A program made the translations under genes and the position numbers. A stretch of 64,000 bases of DNA from an uncultured Clostridia bacterium (GTDB taxonomy: Bacteria > Bacillota > DTU014). The DNA is taken from positions 45,304 through 109,303 of the forward strand of contig FIZI01000016.1 of assembly GCA_900016865.1 (NCBI GenBank), written 5' to 3'. Under the pieces are notes generated by a model. The model saw nothing but the letters and a program-made list of their open reading frames with translations. It had not been told where the DNA came from and did no database searches. Shown here in pieces: positions 28,661 through 39,075 of this stretch. The number at the start of each line of letters is the position of its first letter. Position 1 is the stretch's first letter.

Positions 28661-29290
28661 ATGGGAGGCTTCATTGTGAGAACACTTTTTTGGTTGGTCC
28701 TAGTCTGCTTAATCGTAGCTGGAGTCGTAGTCGGCCAAGATCAGGCCAATCACGACTACGCGGGTTTGGAACTCGATGCGGCTGGCCAGACAGAGTTTGT
28801 GTCTGATCTGAGGATAGATGCGCCGAGCCTCCTTAGTGACGAAGAGCTGGGGAGGGCAGCGGATCAGGCTGCGGTAAGTATGCTCAAGGACCTCTCTGGT
28901 AAGGCCGACAGCGTCGAGGGTAAGGAGATCCGCTATTCGGTAGTAGATACGCACAACGTGCCTCCGCACATATTGAGGGTTGTTGAAGAGACCAAGACGC
29001 ATCCGACAACTATGGTGTTCGAGGGTGATTCAGGAACTCAATATGTGTACATCGCATTGGGCGAGCGAATGACCGGAGGTTACCTGATAAGCGTAGAAAG
29101 CGTCGAACAAGTGGGTGAGAGGGTTATAGTCCGCTACAACGAGATTAGCCCGGGCGAGGACGACATCGTGACTCTGGCGATAACCTATCCGTGGATTGTG
29201 CTAAAGGTTCAGTCCGATTTGCCAATCGATGTGGTCACACCAGATGCAAGCCTTGGTAATGCCTCGAGCGGGGAGGCTCCTCACAATTGA
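28661..29290 (+). CDS. Exported PrcB C-terminal domain protein
   Basis: N-terminal hydrophobic segment; YIALGERMTGGY.I.V...P....VTLAITYP motif. Confidence 0.7.
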   Translation: MGGFIVRTLFWLVLVCLIVAGVVVGQDQANHDYAGLELDAAGQTEFVSDLRIDAPSLLSDEELGRAADQAAVSMLKDLSGKADSVEGKEIRYSVVDTHNVPPHILRVVEETKTHPTTMVFEGDSGTQYVYIALGERMTGGYLISVESVEQVGERVIVRYNEISPGEDDIVTLAITYPWIVLKVQSDLPIDVVTPDASLGNASSGEAPHN

Positions 29291-29551
29291 GACAGCGCCT
29301 ACTGAGGAGTCGGCGCTGTCTCTGAGGATGCTCCCTAGACTCTGCTACTCGTTCAGAAAATACGGCCTCTTTCGTCCGAAATTTGCACCATCCAACCATA
29401 GGTTTAGTTGAGGTGGAAGAATCAACCGGCGGTTTATACACCGAAGTGGTTTTCGCTTGCACGCAGAGCGTTTCTCTGATATACTGTCTCAGGACAGCGA
29501 TGAGTCAGTCGTCCTGGATTGAGGAGACTGGCATTCATCTCTACAATATAG

Positions 29552-29628
29552 GCGCCCGTAGCTCAGTGGATTAGAGCGTCTGACTACGGATCAGAAGGCC
29601 GCAGGTTCGAGTCCTGCCGGGCGTACCA
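29552..29628 (+). tRNA. tRNA-Arg(ACG)
   Basis: GCGCCCG/CGGGCGT, TCTGA-CTACGGA-TCAGA, GTTCGAGTC, CCA. Confidence 0.97.
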
Positions 29629-29634
29629 GCTAGA

Positions 29635-29670
29635 GCGGGGTTTGGTGACACACCAAGCCCCGCTTTTTTT
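29635..29670 (+). terminator. Intrinsic terminator
   Basis: AGCGGGGTTTGGTG...CACCAAGCCCCGC-TTTTTTT. Confidence 0.8.
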
Positions 29671-30252
29671 GTTTATAAATCCAGCACTCAACTCAGCCGT
29701 GAAATACGTTTTAGAACCGATTCGTACCCAGCCAAAAAATGCGAGATTAAGAAGGTTGTACTGACGCCAGTGACAACCATTCATGGTGGGGCTTACGCCT
29801 GATCGTCCGCGGCCTATGAAGAAACCGCTGGACCGATGTAGGCCGAGTACTGCAATGCTGGTGTCAAAAACGCTTCTACGGATTTCCTGCCAGGTGTATA
29901 GCAAGACTTGACTTCCTGTTGGTCGCCAGTTCCACAAGAAACGCTTAGAGCAGCGAGAGAACAGTCAGCAGCATAAACTGACGGTAGCATTCCGATCTTC
30001 TAATCCAGCAGTCTTTCCACCAGGCGGCCTGGTTATCACGTCATAATCGCAAAAAGCTTCTGTTTAGCTCGAACGGTGCGTATCTATTTAACAGATTAAC
30101 AGCCAATAGGTTGGTAGAGGCAGCCCAGTTAATATCTTGGAAAAAACAGAAAGGGGAGAGTATTGGGGTCAGATGACGAGACTTGGAAGGTGATTTTCTA
30201 AAGGTCAGATGGGTTACCTCGATTCAGTCCAAGAATAGGAGGAGGTTTAGCG

Positions 30253-31242
30253 ATGAAAAGGTTGCTGAAAGCGGGAACATTGCTGTTGGTGGCTATTTTG
30301 GTTTTGTCGTGCGGGTCTGGATTAGCAGCTTCAGAAGATCTGATTAGGGTTGGGATTGTGAATCTGCCTCCGGAAGAATCCGGCTACCGTCAGGCCAATG
30401 TGGAAGACATGAACAAGGTCTTCTCCAGGGAAAACGGCTATGACACCAGACAGACCAACACCGCCGATGTCAACGAGCAGATGGCGGCGGCCATGGGGTA
30501 TATTCGCGATGGCGTCGATTATCTTCTGATCTCCGCAGCCCACGCCTCCGGATGGGACGACGTTCTGCTGGCAGCAAGAAGAGCGGGGGTTAGGGTCATC
30601 CTCTTTGACCGGCTGATTGATACGGATCCTTCGAACTATGAGGCCGCACTTGTTTCCGACATGTACTACGAGGGCCAATTGGCAACTGACTGGATTCTAA
30701 ACAACGTGCCGGAACCGCGCAATGTAATCCTGATTCGCGGGCAGATGGGGAGCGCCGCGGAAATCGGACGCAGCGCCCCGGTGCTCAAGGCGGCAGAAGA
30801 AGGTAAGCTCAACATCGTGTGGGATGGCACAGGCGGCGACACTTGGAGCCTTGAGGAAGCTCGTAGAGTAGTCGAGGCTGCGATCGCCGCAGGAAAGGAC
30901 TTCAACGTCATCTATGCCCAGAACGACGGGATGGCGCAAGGTGCTTGTCAGGCTCTCGAGGCAGCCGGGATCAGCTTTGGGAAGGACGGGAAGGTCAAAA
31001 TCATTGGTTTTGACTTTAACCGTTTTGCCCTTAGAAACGTACAGGCCGGTTACTGGAACGCCGATGTGCAGTGTAATCCCCGTATGGCAAGCCAGATTGA
31101 TCAGTGGATCAAGAGTGGTAATATCCCCGAAGGCATCGTTTATCAGGAAGAGATAATCTTGGACACGGACACGATCACCGACGAACATATCGAAAAATAC
31201 GGGATCAACCCCGACCCGGGCAAGGGTGCGATTACACGATAA
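30253..31242 (+). CDS. Sugar ABC transporter substrate-binding protein (YtfQ/galactofuranose-like)
   Basis: Signal peptide; ESGYRQAN, VILFDR, YAQNDGMA; strong RBS AGGAGGAGG. Confidence 0.85.
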   Translation: MKRLLKAGTLLLVAILVLSCGSGLAASEDLIRVGIVNLPPEESGYRQANVEDMNKVFSRENGYDTRQTNTADVNEQMAAAMGYIRDGVDYLLISAAHASGWDDVLLAARRAGVRVILFDRLIDTDPSNYEAALVSDMYYEGQLATDWILNNVPEPRNVILIRGQMGSAAEIGRSAPVLKAAEEGKLNIVWDGTGGDTWSLEEARRVVEAAIAAGKDFNVIYAQNDGMAQGACQALEAAGISFGKDGKVKIIGFDFNRFALRNVQAGYWNADVQCNPRMASQIDQWIKSGNIPEGIVYQEEIILDTDTITDEHIEKYGINPDPGKGAITR

Positions 31243-31259
31243 TTCTTTGCAATAGCCCT

Positions 31260-31301
31260 GGCAGTGCGGTGTCCGGATTCTCTCCCGTCAACCGCACTGC
31301 C
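31260..31301 (+). other. Intercistronic stem-loop between the binding protein and ATPase genes
   Basis: GGCAGTGCGGT...ACCGCACTGCC perfect 11-bp stem without a strong U-tract. Confidence 0.55.
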
Positions 31302-31336
31302 GTTGATTTATACGATACCCGTAAGGAGGGCTTTAC

Positions 31337-32842
31337 TTGCAGCCTGAAATCATCCTCAAGATGGAGGGGATCTGCAAATCCTTTCCCGGGGTCAAGGCTC
31401 TGCACAACGTTGATTTTGTGCTCCGCAGAGGTGAAATCCATGCCCTGATGGGCGAAAACGGAGCGGGCAAGTCCACCCTGATCAAGATCTTAACTGGTGT
31501 TTACCAAAAGGATGCTGGCCAGGTTTACCTAGAGGGAAGGCTAGTTCACTTTAAATCGCCGCAGGATGCGCAGAATATGGGGATAGGCACGGTTTTTCAG
31601 GAGATCGCGCTCTGCCCCAACCTGACCGTGGCCGAAAACATGTTTATCGGCCGGAGCCGGGGCGCTTTCGTTAACTGGAAGCAAATGAACGAAAGTGCGG
31701 CTAAGATGCTCAATTCCCTTGGTATCCCCGCGAGCCCGACCCAAGAACTCGCCAGCTGCTCAATTGCTGTCCAGCAGATGATAGCGATTGCCCGCGCAGT
31801 CGATATGGACTGCAAGATCCTCATCCTGGACGAGCCGACATCCTCCCTAGACGAAGATGAGACGAAAAAACTCTTCGCGCTCATGCATGAACTGAAAGCC
31901 CGAGGTGTAGGGATCATCTTTATTACCCATTTTATCGATCAGGTCTACGAGATCAGCGACAGGATTACCGTACTGCGCAACGGCGAGTTGATCGGCGAAT
32001 ACCTAACAGCCGAACTTCCCCAAATCGAGCTTGTCTCGAAGATGATGGGAAAGGCGCTGAGCGATGTTTCGGCCATAAAAAAACACGAACCGCCTAAGTC
32101 CGACGACAGTGTGCCGGTGTTCGAGGCGAGGGGCCTTTCGAGCGCCACCGGGGTAAGGCCGTTCGATTTTTCGGTCCACAAAGGAGAGGTAAATGGGTTT
32201 GCTGGGCTGCTTGGCTCGGGGCGCAGCGAGAGTGTGCGCGCAATCTTCGCCGCTGACAAGGTGACGGGCGGTGAAGTCAAAATAAACGGCAAGGTGGTGA
32301 AGATCAGGACGCCCCTGGACGCCATGAAACAGGGAATCGGCTATCTGCCGGAGGACCGCAAGAGCGACGGGATCATCGACGAGCTTTCGGTGCGTGACAA
32401 CATCATCCTCGCCTTGCAGGTGATGAAAGGCTTTTTCAGGCCGCTTTCGCGAAAACAGGCTGAGGAATTTGCCAACCAGTACATACAATTACTGGAGATC
32501 AAGACACCGTCCCTCGACACGTCAGTTAAATCGCTTTCCGGCGGCAACCAGCAGAAGGCGATTCTGGCCCGCTGGCTGCTGACTCATCCTATGTACCTGA
32601 TCCTCGATGAACCCACCCGGGGAATCGATGTTGGAACCAAGGTGGAGATTCAAAAACTTGTGCTCAAGCTTGCAGCAGAGGGGATGAGTCTGACTTTCAT
32701 TTCCTCGGAAATCGACGAAATGCTTCGCGTCTGCTCGCGGCTGATCGTGATGAGGGACCGGGAAATCGTCGGCGAACTCAGTGGAGTAGACCTGACGGAA
32801 CAGAATGTTATGCAGATGATCGCACAGGGAGGGGGTGAATAA
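31337..32842 (+). CDS. Sugar ABC transporter ATP-binding protein with two NBDs (YtfR/RbsA-like)
   Basis: GENGAGKST, DEPTSSL, LSGGNQQK, DEPTRGIDVG. Confidence 0.92.
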   Translation: MQPEIILKMEGICKSFPGVKALHNVDFVLRRGEIHALMGENGAGKSTLIKILTGVYQKDAGQVYLEGRLVHFKSPQDAQNMGIGTVFQEIALCPNLTVAENMFIGRSRGAFVNWKQMNESAAKMLNSLGIPASPTQELASCSIAVQQMIAIARAVDMDCKILILDEPTSSLDEDETKKLFALMHELKARGVGIIFITHFIDQVYEISDRITVLRNGELIGEYLTAELPQIELVSKMMGKALSDVSAIKKHEPPKSDDSVPVFEARGLSSATGVRPFDFSVHKGEVNGFAGLLGSGRSESVRAIFAADKVTGGEVKINGKVVKIRTPLDAMKQGIGYLPEDRKSDGIIDELSVRDNIILALQVMKGFFRPLSRKQAEEFANQYIQLLEIKTPSLDTSVKSLSGGNQQKAILARWLLTHPMYLILDEPTRGIDVGTKVEIQKLVLKLAAEGMSLTFISSEIDEMLRVCSRLIVMRDREIVGELSGVDLTEQNVMQMIAQGGGE

Positions 32843-33956
32843 GGTGACGAGTCTAAGAAGACAGTTCGATCGCTTGTCCCATCTCTTCCTTCCCCTCTCT
32901 GTCTTGGTGGCACTCCTGACTATTAACCTGGTCAAGGGTGCCGACTATTTCAAGATCACCATGATCAACGGGGTCTTTTACGGGAACATTCCGAATATCC
33001 TCTTCGGCGCCTCGGAGTTGGTTATCCTGTCAATCGGGATGACCCTGGTAACTGCGGCCTCCCGGGGGCAGGACATCAGCATCGGTGAAAGCGGCGCGAT
33101 TAGTTCCGCCATCTTCGTCCAGTATGTCTTGAATGCCGGCGAGGTCACCATCTGGACCATCCTAGCGGGTTTTCTTATCAGTTGCGTTGCCGGGCTGGTG
33201 ATTGGCGCCTTCAACGGCACCCTGGTTTCATTCTTCAATGTTCAGCCAATGGTTGCGACCCTCATCTTGTTCTTGGGCGGCAGGTCGATCGCGTTTATCA
33301 TTGACGGCAAAGTATCGCCCATCCTGGCGAACCCGATCTCGAACCAAATCGGCACCGTCATACCGGGTGTGCCGATCCAGACACCAATCATCCTGACCGC
33401 TGTCTTCATCGTCATCGTGGCGGTGGCCATTAAGACCACCAATCTGCGACTCTATGTGGAGGCGGTGGGGGTCAACCCGAGCGCGGCGCGGCTGAACGGG
33501 ATCAATCCGAAAAAGGTCATTTTCTTGACCTTCTTGATCATGGGGGTTTGCAGCGCGGTCGCGGGTTTCATTGCGGTTAACAAAGCGGGCCGCCACGACA
33601 GTGTCAACCTGCTCAAGTTCATCATGATGGACGCGATTCTTGCCGTTGCCTTGGGCGGAAACTCGCTGGCAGGCGGGAAGTTCAGTATCACCGGCTCGAT
33701 CATAGGCGCATACACCATCGAGGTACTCAACAGGACCCTGCTTCGGTTGGAAGTAAATCCCGAAGCCATTAAGGCCTTCAAGTCGGTCTTTATCATCGTC
33801 CTCATGGTTATTGCTTCGCCGGTAGTCAGAGCCCTTGCCAGGGAGCTACTTGATAAGGCAAGAGCCATCGTCACCGGCTACTCCGCACGTCAGACAGGAG
33901 GACTAAACAAGGCGGCTGTTTCCATCACGGACAGTTCTGCGAAGAAGGAGGGGTAG
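32835..33956 (+). CDS. Sugar ABC transporter permease (YtfT-like)
   Basis: GMTLV...GQDIS, QPMVATL, AVGVNPSAARLNG, DAILAVALGG. Confidence 0.9.
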   Translation: MNKVTSLRRQFDRLSHLFLPLSVLVALLTINLVKGADYFKITMINGVFYGNIPNILFGASELVILSIGMTLVTAASRGQDISIGESGAISSAIFVQYVLNAGEVTIWTILAGFLISCVAGLVIGAFNGTLVSFFNVQPMVATLILFLGGRSIAFIIDGKVSPILANPISNQIGTVIPGVPIQTPIILTAVFIVIVAVAIKTTNLRLYVEAVGVNPSAARLNGINPKKVIFLTFLIMGVCSAVAGFIAVNKAGRHDSVNLLKFIMMDAILAVALGGNSLAGGKFSITGSIIGAYTIEVLNRTLLRLEVNPEAIKAFKSVFIIVLMVIASPVVRALARELLDKARAIVTGYSARQTGGLNKAAVSITDSSAKKEG

Positions 33957-33957
33957 G

Positions 33958-35028
33958 ATGAGACTCCTGAACAGAGGCAAACCAAGGACAAGACTGTCGA
34001 ATTCGACGCTTCTCTTTATCATCGCAGGGATTATCTTCCTTCTGATGTACGGGATTGCCATAGTAAGTTTCCCTGTTAGCTTCCGGCAGTTTCAGACCTT
34101 CTTTGACTTCTTCAACCTGAACGCAGCGCTCTTCATCACTACCCTTGGGATGTGCATCGTCATAATCGGAGGCGGCATCGATATCTCTGTCGGCGCCGTC
34201 TGCGGCCTGGTCACCATGGCTTGCGCTTTGTTGCTCCAATCGGGAGCGGGGAACGTTTGGGGAGCCTTGTTTCTGGCGCTGGGAATCGGGCTCGCCTTTG
34301 GGCTTATGCATGGATTTCTCATTGCCTACCTTGAAATCCAGCCGTTCATCATAACGCTGGCCGGAATGTTCTTGGCGCAGGGGCTGCTGACGACTCTCCA
34401 CAAAGAGCCGCTCAACGTGACCAATCCTGATTTTGTCGCCCTGCGAAGGTTTACAATCGAGATCCCCTGGCTAGGTACCGTAAACCGGCTGGGCGTTTTC
34501 ATTCCGTGCGAAATCAAACCAGGCGTCATTGTGGTGGTGGCACTTGTTGTTCTCTACGCCGTCCTGATGAAGTGGTCGAGTTTCGGGCGCAATCTCTACG
34601 CGGTTGGCGGCAATCGCCACAGTGCCCGGATGCTTGGGATTAACGTCAAGAAAACGATCTTCCTATCCTACGTGCTCTGCGGGTTGACCGCCGGGATCTC
34701 CGGCTTTGTCTTTCTCATGACAACAGGAGCTGGCAATATCGGAAACGGAGCGTTGTACGAGATAAAGGCCATAGCCGCGAATGTCATGGGCGGCATTATG
34801 CTGAGCGGCGGCGTGGGGAACCTGCTAGGTGCGCCCATCGGAACTCTGACCCTCCTGACGATCAACGAGTTGATCCGGGCCGCGGGCGTTCAGTCAAACC
34901 TACAAGCGATCGTCGCCGGGCTCTTGCTGTATCTCTTCATCGTGCTGCAGAGCATCATTATGGCGTTGCGGGACAGGAGAGAATTCAGACTTGCTCTCCC
35001 TCCATGGCTGAAACCGCACCGGTCGTAG
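33958..35028 (+). CDS. Sugar ABC transporter permease (YjfF-like)
   Basis: GGIDISVG, QPFIITLAGMFLA, GRNLYAVGGN. Confidence 0.9.
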   Translation: MRLLNRGKPRTRLSNSTLLFIIAGIIFLLMYGIAIVSFPVSFRQFQTFFDFFNLNAALFITTLGMCIVIIGGGIDISVGAVCGLVTMACALLLQSGAGNVWGALFLALGIGLAFGLMHGFLIAYLEIQPFIITLAGMFLAQGLLTTLHKEPLNVTNPDFVALRRFTIEIPWLGTVNRLGVFIPCEIKPGVIVVVALVVLYAVLMKWSSFGRNLYAVGGNRHSARMLGINVKKTIFLSYVLCGLTAGISGFVFLMTTGAGNIGNGALYEIKAIAANVMGGIMLSGGVGNLLGAPIGTLTLLTINELIRAAGVQSNLQAIVAGLLLYLFIVLQSIIMALRDRREFRLALPPWLKPHRS

Positions 35029-35176
35029 GACAAGGAAAACGCAGAGAACCAATGATGGCCGCCCAAAGACCAAGAGCGCCTGATGTGTTCTTGGTGCGCC
35101 TGGTGTGGCTCCCTTAGAGCATCCAGTAGGGCTCTTGCTGTGTCGAGAGTTTTTTCAGGCAGGGCGAAAACACGCA

Positions 35177-35232
35177 TTGACAAGACCTCTCTTGCGTTAT
35201 ATTATGCAATTGCGCAATTACGTAATTGCATA
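35177..35232 (+). promoter_or_regulatory. SigA promoter overlapped by a four-fold 8-bp palindromic operator
   Basis: TTGACA-N17-TATTAT; ATTATGCA ATTGCGCA ATTACGTA ATTGCATA at 35201-35232. Confidence 0.65.
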
Positions 35233-35253
35233 TCGCCAAGGAGAGGTGTTATC

Positions 35254-35889
35254 ATGGAAAGGGACTATGGTGCTGAAATCGATGCTCTGAGAGAGGAGCT
35301 CAAAGAGATTCGCAGACTCCTGCAGCCCAGAGCAGAAGCTCATTCGAAGACTCCGGCCGCCGAGATGCCGGAGAAGGTGGGACATGTCTACAAGGTCCGC
35401 ACCGTGGAGGCGGACGAGAACTTGATCAGAGTACTCGATCGCCTAGAGAACTCCTGCGGAGAAAGCGGCAGCAGCGGTAGGGTAGCCTATGCGGGCGTTT
35501 TCTCGTCGGGCGGGAGGCAATCTACATGGGTGCGAGAGAATGTCAACGCAGACGAGCTCCTGTCTCTGATTGAGAGTGGAGAAGCAGTGAAGGTACTTAG
35601 GTGCATAGGAAACAACGATCGCCTGAGGATGCTGCTGACGATACTCAAGAAGCCGATGACTGTTGCGCGGCTTGTTGAGGAGTGCGGGTACAACTCTACG
35701 GGTCAGGTCTATCACCACCTCAAGCCTTTGATCGCTGCTGATCTCGTGGTGGAGGACAGCGAAAACGAGGGCAGGGGAGTGTATGTGATCCAGCCCCATA
35801 GAGTTCAGGGGATAATCATGCTACTTGCAGGCATAAGCGACATGCTTGACTCGAGGTACACAAGAGGGGATTGGGAGGCTATTGAGTAG
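35254..35889 (+). CDS. ArsR-like winged-helix transcriptional regulator
   Basis: RLRMLLTILKKPMTVARL...STGQVYHHLKPL...RGVY; ATG after AAGGAGAGG. Confidence 0.8.
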   Translation: MERDYGAEIDALREELKEIRRLLQPRAEAHSKTPAAEMPEKVGHVYKVRTVEADENLIRVLDRLENSCGESGSSGRVAYAGVFSSGGRQSTWVRENVNADELLSLIESGEAVKVLRCIGNNDRLRMLLTILKKPMTVARLVEECGYNSTGQVYHHLKPLIAADLVVEDSENEGRGVYVIQPHRVQGIIMLLAGISDMLDSRYTRGDWEAIE

Positions 35890-35987
35890 GCTGCGAATGC
35901 AGAAATCAGACCTTTTCGCAGTGACTCCGAGCCGAGCAAACCGTGTGGACGGAGAACGCCCCAGGTTGCTGGGACGTTCTCCGTCTT

Positions 35988-36731
35988 TTACAGAATCCAT
36001 TTTCTACTGATACTGTATTGGCAGAACTCAAACAGCAAAATGGCGAACACGAGCAGTACGGCAATGCACAACACGGGCGGCATTGCGCTAGCACCAAGGA
36101 TCGAACTGTTGAGCAGATCTGTTCCATAGGTGAGTGGGAGCATATAGGATATGGGCCGCAGGCAGACCGGCAGGCTGCTGATAGGCAAGAACAACCCGCA
36201 CAGAAACAACATGGGGAAGCGGAAGAAGTTGGAGAGTGTCTGCGCCTCGAACACCTCCTTTGCGGAAACAGCGATCACGAGTCCCATGAGCGCAGACGTC
36301 AACGCAGTGAGAAATACCGCCAGAAGCACACTGACCCAGTTGACTTCCGATAGGTCGACAAACCACGCAGCGAGGATCACAGGCACAAAAGCGTTGAGGG
36401 CTCCAAACAGGACCGCACCGGACAGCTTGGCAGTAACCATGGCTCTCAGGGAGATGGGCGCCAGCAACAGCCTGTCAAACGAACGGCCTCTTCTCTCAAA
36501 GGTAATAGTGACGGCCAGCATTGAAGTAGTGCCGAACAGCACGCTCATAGCTATGAGGCCCGGGAGCATCTCTCGTATGCTTGAGAGGTCTACGCTGCCG
36601 GAAGAACGGATCATCTGCATAAGGGTCCAGGAAAGAGGGAAGACGATTCCCCAGCTGATGTTCGGCGGCTTGAGATAGTAGGTCCGGACGTCTTTTTTCA
36701 TGATATTCCAAAAGGCGATCCATGTTTTCAT
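35988..36731 (-). CDS. ABC-2 type exporter permease
   Basis: ERRGRSFDRLLLAP, PMLFLCGLFLP...LPLTY, about six TM segments. Confidence 0.88.
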   Translation of the reverse strand: MKTWIAFWNIMKKDVRTYYLKPPNISWGIVFPLSWTLMQMIRSSGSVDLSSIREMLPGLIAMSVLFGTTSMLAVTITFERRGRSFDRLLLAPISLRAMVTAKLSGAVLFGALNAFVPVILAAWFVDLSEVNWVSVLLAVFLTALTSALMGLVIAVSAKEVFEAQTLSNFFRFPMLFLCGLFLPISSLPVCLRPISYMLPLTYGTDLLNSSILGASAMPPVLCIAVLLVFAILLFEFCQYSISRKWIL

Positions 36732-37708
36732 CTGCCTATTCCCACCTTCCTGGCTTCCTTTCTTGACTCTGCTGCCTCTATTCCAGTGATCTTCACAAAA
36801 ACGTCCTCTAAGGTCGGAGTTAGCTCCTTGGCCTCAAACACTGACACCCCTTGCTCGTCGAGGTATTGCAGAATAGGGTAAAGCGGGATACGTTCCTTGG
36901 AGACAACAGTTGCTGCGTGTCCTGGCTCGGCTCTAACAGTGCAGCCGGGAACACGCGCCTGCAGTTCACAGACAAACGGTTCAAGGGCGGCATCAGCAGT
37001 CAGCCGAATTGCATGTCCGTGGCCGGTGCTTCCCAAGAGCTTTGACACAGAGCCTTCCGCAACGATTCTACCTTCGACGATAAAGGCCACTCGATCGCAG
37101 ATACGTTCAGCCTCCTCGATATAATGGGTGGTGAGAAATATGGTGGTTCCCCGGAGTCTGAGGTTCAACAGGAGATTGCGAATCTGTCGAGCGCTCTCCA
37201 CATCAATTCCAGTAGTGGGCTCGTCCAAGAACAGTATCTTAGGTTCGTGAATGAGAGCGGCTGCAATCGTCAGCTTTCTGCGCATTCCTTTGGAGTAGGC
37301 TTTGAACGGGCGGTTTCCGGCTTTTAGCAAGTCGAACTGCTCCAGCAACTCTCTGGCTCGACTTTCCCTCGCCGCTCTTGGCATGCCGTAGAGAGCGCCA
37401 CAGAAACACAGGTTGTCAAAACCGTCCATTTCATCGTACAGGTTGCTCTCGTCTGGGACTATGCCCATAATTGATTGCGCTTTCTTGATGTTCCGCACTG
37501 CGTCAATGCCGTCTATGATTATAGAGCCTGCGGTGGGCCTGGCAAGGCCGGTCATCATGTTTATCGTAGTTGTCTTTCCTGCGCCATTGGGCCCGAGGAA
37601 ACCGAAGATCTCTCCACTGCAGATGGAAAAGGAGATCCTATCAACTGCTGTAATGCTGCCATACCGTTTGCTGAGATTAGTGACAGTGACGATGTCGGTC
37701 TTACTCAC
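36728..37708 (-). CDS. ABC-2 type exporter ATP-binding protein
   Basis: GPNGAGKTT, YSKGMRRK, LDEPTTG, LEDVF. Confidence 0.9.
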   Translation of the reverse strand: MSKTDIVTVTNLSKRYGSITAVDRISFSICSGEIFGFLGPNGAGKTTTINMMTGLARPTAGSIIIDGIDAVRNIKKAQSIMGIVPDESNLYDEMDGFDNLCFCGALYGMPRAARESRARELLEQFDLLKAGNRPFKAYSKGMRRKLTIAAALIHEPKILFLDEPTTGIDVESARQIRNLLLNLRLRGTTIFLTTHYIEEAERICDRVAFIVEGRIVAEGSVSKLLGSTGHGHAIRLTADAALEPFVCELQARVPGCTVRAEPGHAATVVSKERIPLYPILQYLDEQGVSVFEAKELTPTLEDVFVKITGIEAAESRKEARKVGIGR

Positions 37709-37945
37709 GCCAGTTTCTTCCCTCCTCTGTATCTGATCCGGCGTCTGCCAACTAGATTCTACACCAAGCTGGGGTCATCTTCATGCCCGGCTCCCTCATT
37801 AGTTACGTGCAGGGATACGAGTCCCCGCGGCGAAGACCAACGGAGTAGGACCTACCTGAGAGGCTGGCAGGCCTGGCTACAAGCCTATGCGCATCGCAGC
37901 AGAGCAGTAGGTTTACACTACACGAAGTGCGGCAGGTGGTAGGCT

Positions 37946-38740
37946 GTGATAAGGCTGTGGGATGGAGAGATCCCGGGATACGACCCTAATCTTTCAGACC
38001 AGGTCCCGGGACTGAGACCCTTCATTATTGATTCGGGAGAGATGCGTGGAGCCGTCATTGTATGTCCAGGCGGAGGCTATCAAGTCTTGGCTGAGCACGA
38101 GGGCGAACCCATTGCCAGGTGGCTCAATAGCGTTGGTGTGCATGCATTCGTCCTCAACTACAGAGTCGCTCCTTACAGGCATCCTTACCCGCTGATTGAT
38201 GCACAAAGAGCGATTCGATACGTTAGATACCACGCGAGTGGATGGAATATTGATCCTGACCGTATCGGCATTCTGGGCTTCTCGGCAGGCGGCCATCTCG
38301 TATCGACTGCAGGTACCCACTGGGACAGAGGCCTCGACTCTAGTGACTCCATAGATGCAGTGTCATGCAGGCCCGATGCTATGATCCTGTGCTATCCGGT
38401 TATCAGCTTCGGCGAGTTCGGTCACATAGGCTCTATGCACAACCTGCTTGGCCCATCACCAGATCAGGCGCTCATAAGCCTGCTGTCCAACGAGACTCAG
38501 GTTGCGGAAGACACTCCACCAGCGTTCTTGTGGCACACTGCTGACGATGAGGCTGTCAGTGTTGAAAACAGTCTTGCGTTTGCCGCTGCTCTCTCGAGAA
38601 ATCGAGTGCCCTTTGAGCTGCACGTGTTTGAAACAGGGCGGCATGGGCTAGGTCTCGCTCCTGACAACCCTGACGTAGCAGTCTGGACAGATCTGTGCGC
38701 AGACTGGCTTAGGCGGCTGGGGTTTTGTGGTTCCAAGTGA
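37946..38740 (+). CDS. Alpha/beta hydrolase (acetylxylan esterase/BD-FAE-like)
   Basis: PGGGY, GFSAGG nucleophile elbow, D..V, HGLGL. Confidence 0.88.
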   Translation: MIRLWDGEIPGYDPNLSDQVPGLRPFIIDSGEMRGAVIVCPGGGYQVLAEHEGEPIARWLNSVGVHAFVLNYRVAPYRHPYPLIDAQRAIRYVRYHASGWNIDPDRIGILGFSAGGHLVSTAGTHWDRGLDSSDSIDAVSCRPDAMILCYPVISFGEFGHIGSMHNLLGPSPDQALISLLSNETQVAEDTPPAFLWHTADDEAVSVENSLAFAAALSRNRVPFELHVFETGRHGLGLAPDNPDVAVWTDLCADWLRRLGFCGSK

Positions 38741-38859
38741 TGTAGCAGCGTAGAAACTGTGTAGCAAACGAGGTCGGTGAGGATGGGTAGGCAGGCTGGC
38801 GCGTTTGTCGGCCCGCCCGCTTTACCAGCCTCATCTCTTGAAAGCAGAAGTGAGCACTG

Positions 38860-39075
38860 TCAATCCTTCTCTGGATCTTCGATGAAGTCGAACAGTTCCT
38901 CGATCGATGCGTCCAGGGCCTTGGCAATGCGATAGGCGAGCGCGAGTGAGGGGTTGTACCTGCCGCCCTCAAGGTAGATTATGGTCTCCCTCCTCACGCC
39001 CACGATATCTGCTAGTTGCTTCTGGGTCAGGCCCTTCTTTGCCCTGTACTCACGCATTCGCGTTACCAGCTTCAT
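38860..39075 (-). CDS. XRE-family HTH regulator
   Basis: [28 protein letters not shown]. Confidence 0.9.
   Translation of the reverse strand: MKLVTRMREYRAKKGLTQKQLADIVGVRRETIIYLEGGRYNPSLALAYRIAKALDASIEELFDFIEDPEKD

Noticed and set aside
29670..30250. Integrase or transposase remnant after tRNA-Arg(ACG)
   Set aside because: The frames I read show multiple stops and no recognisable motif; no att duplication seen.
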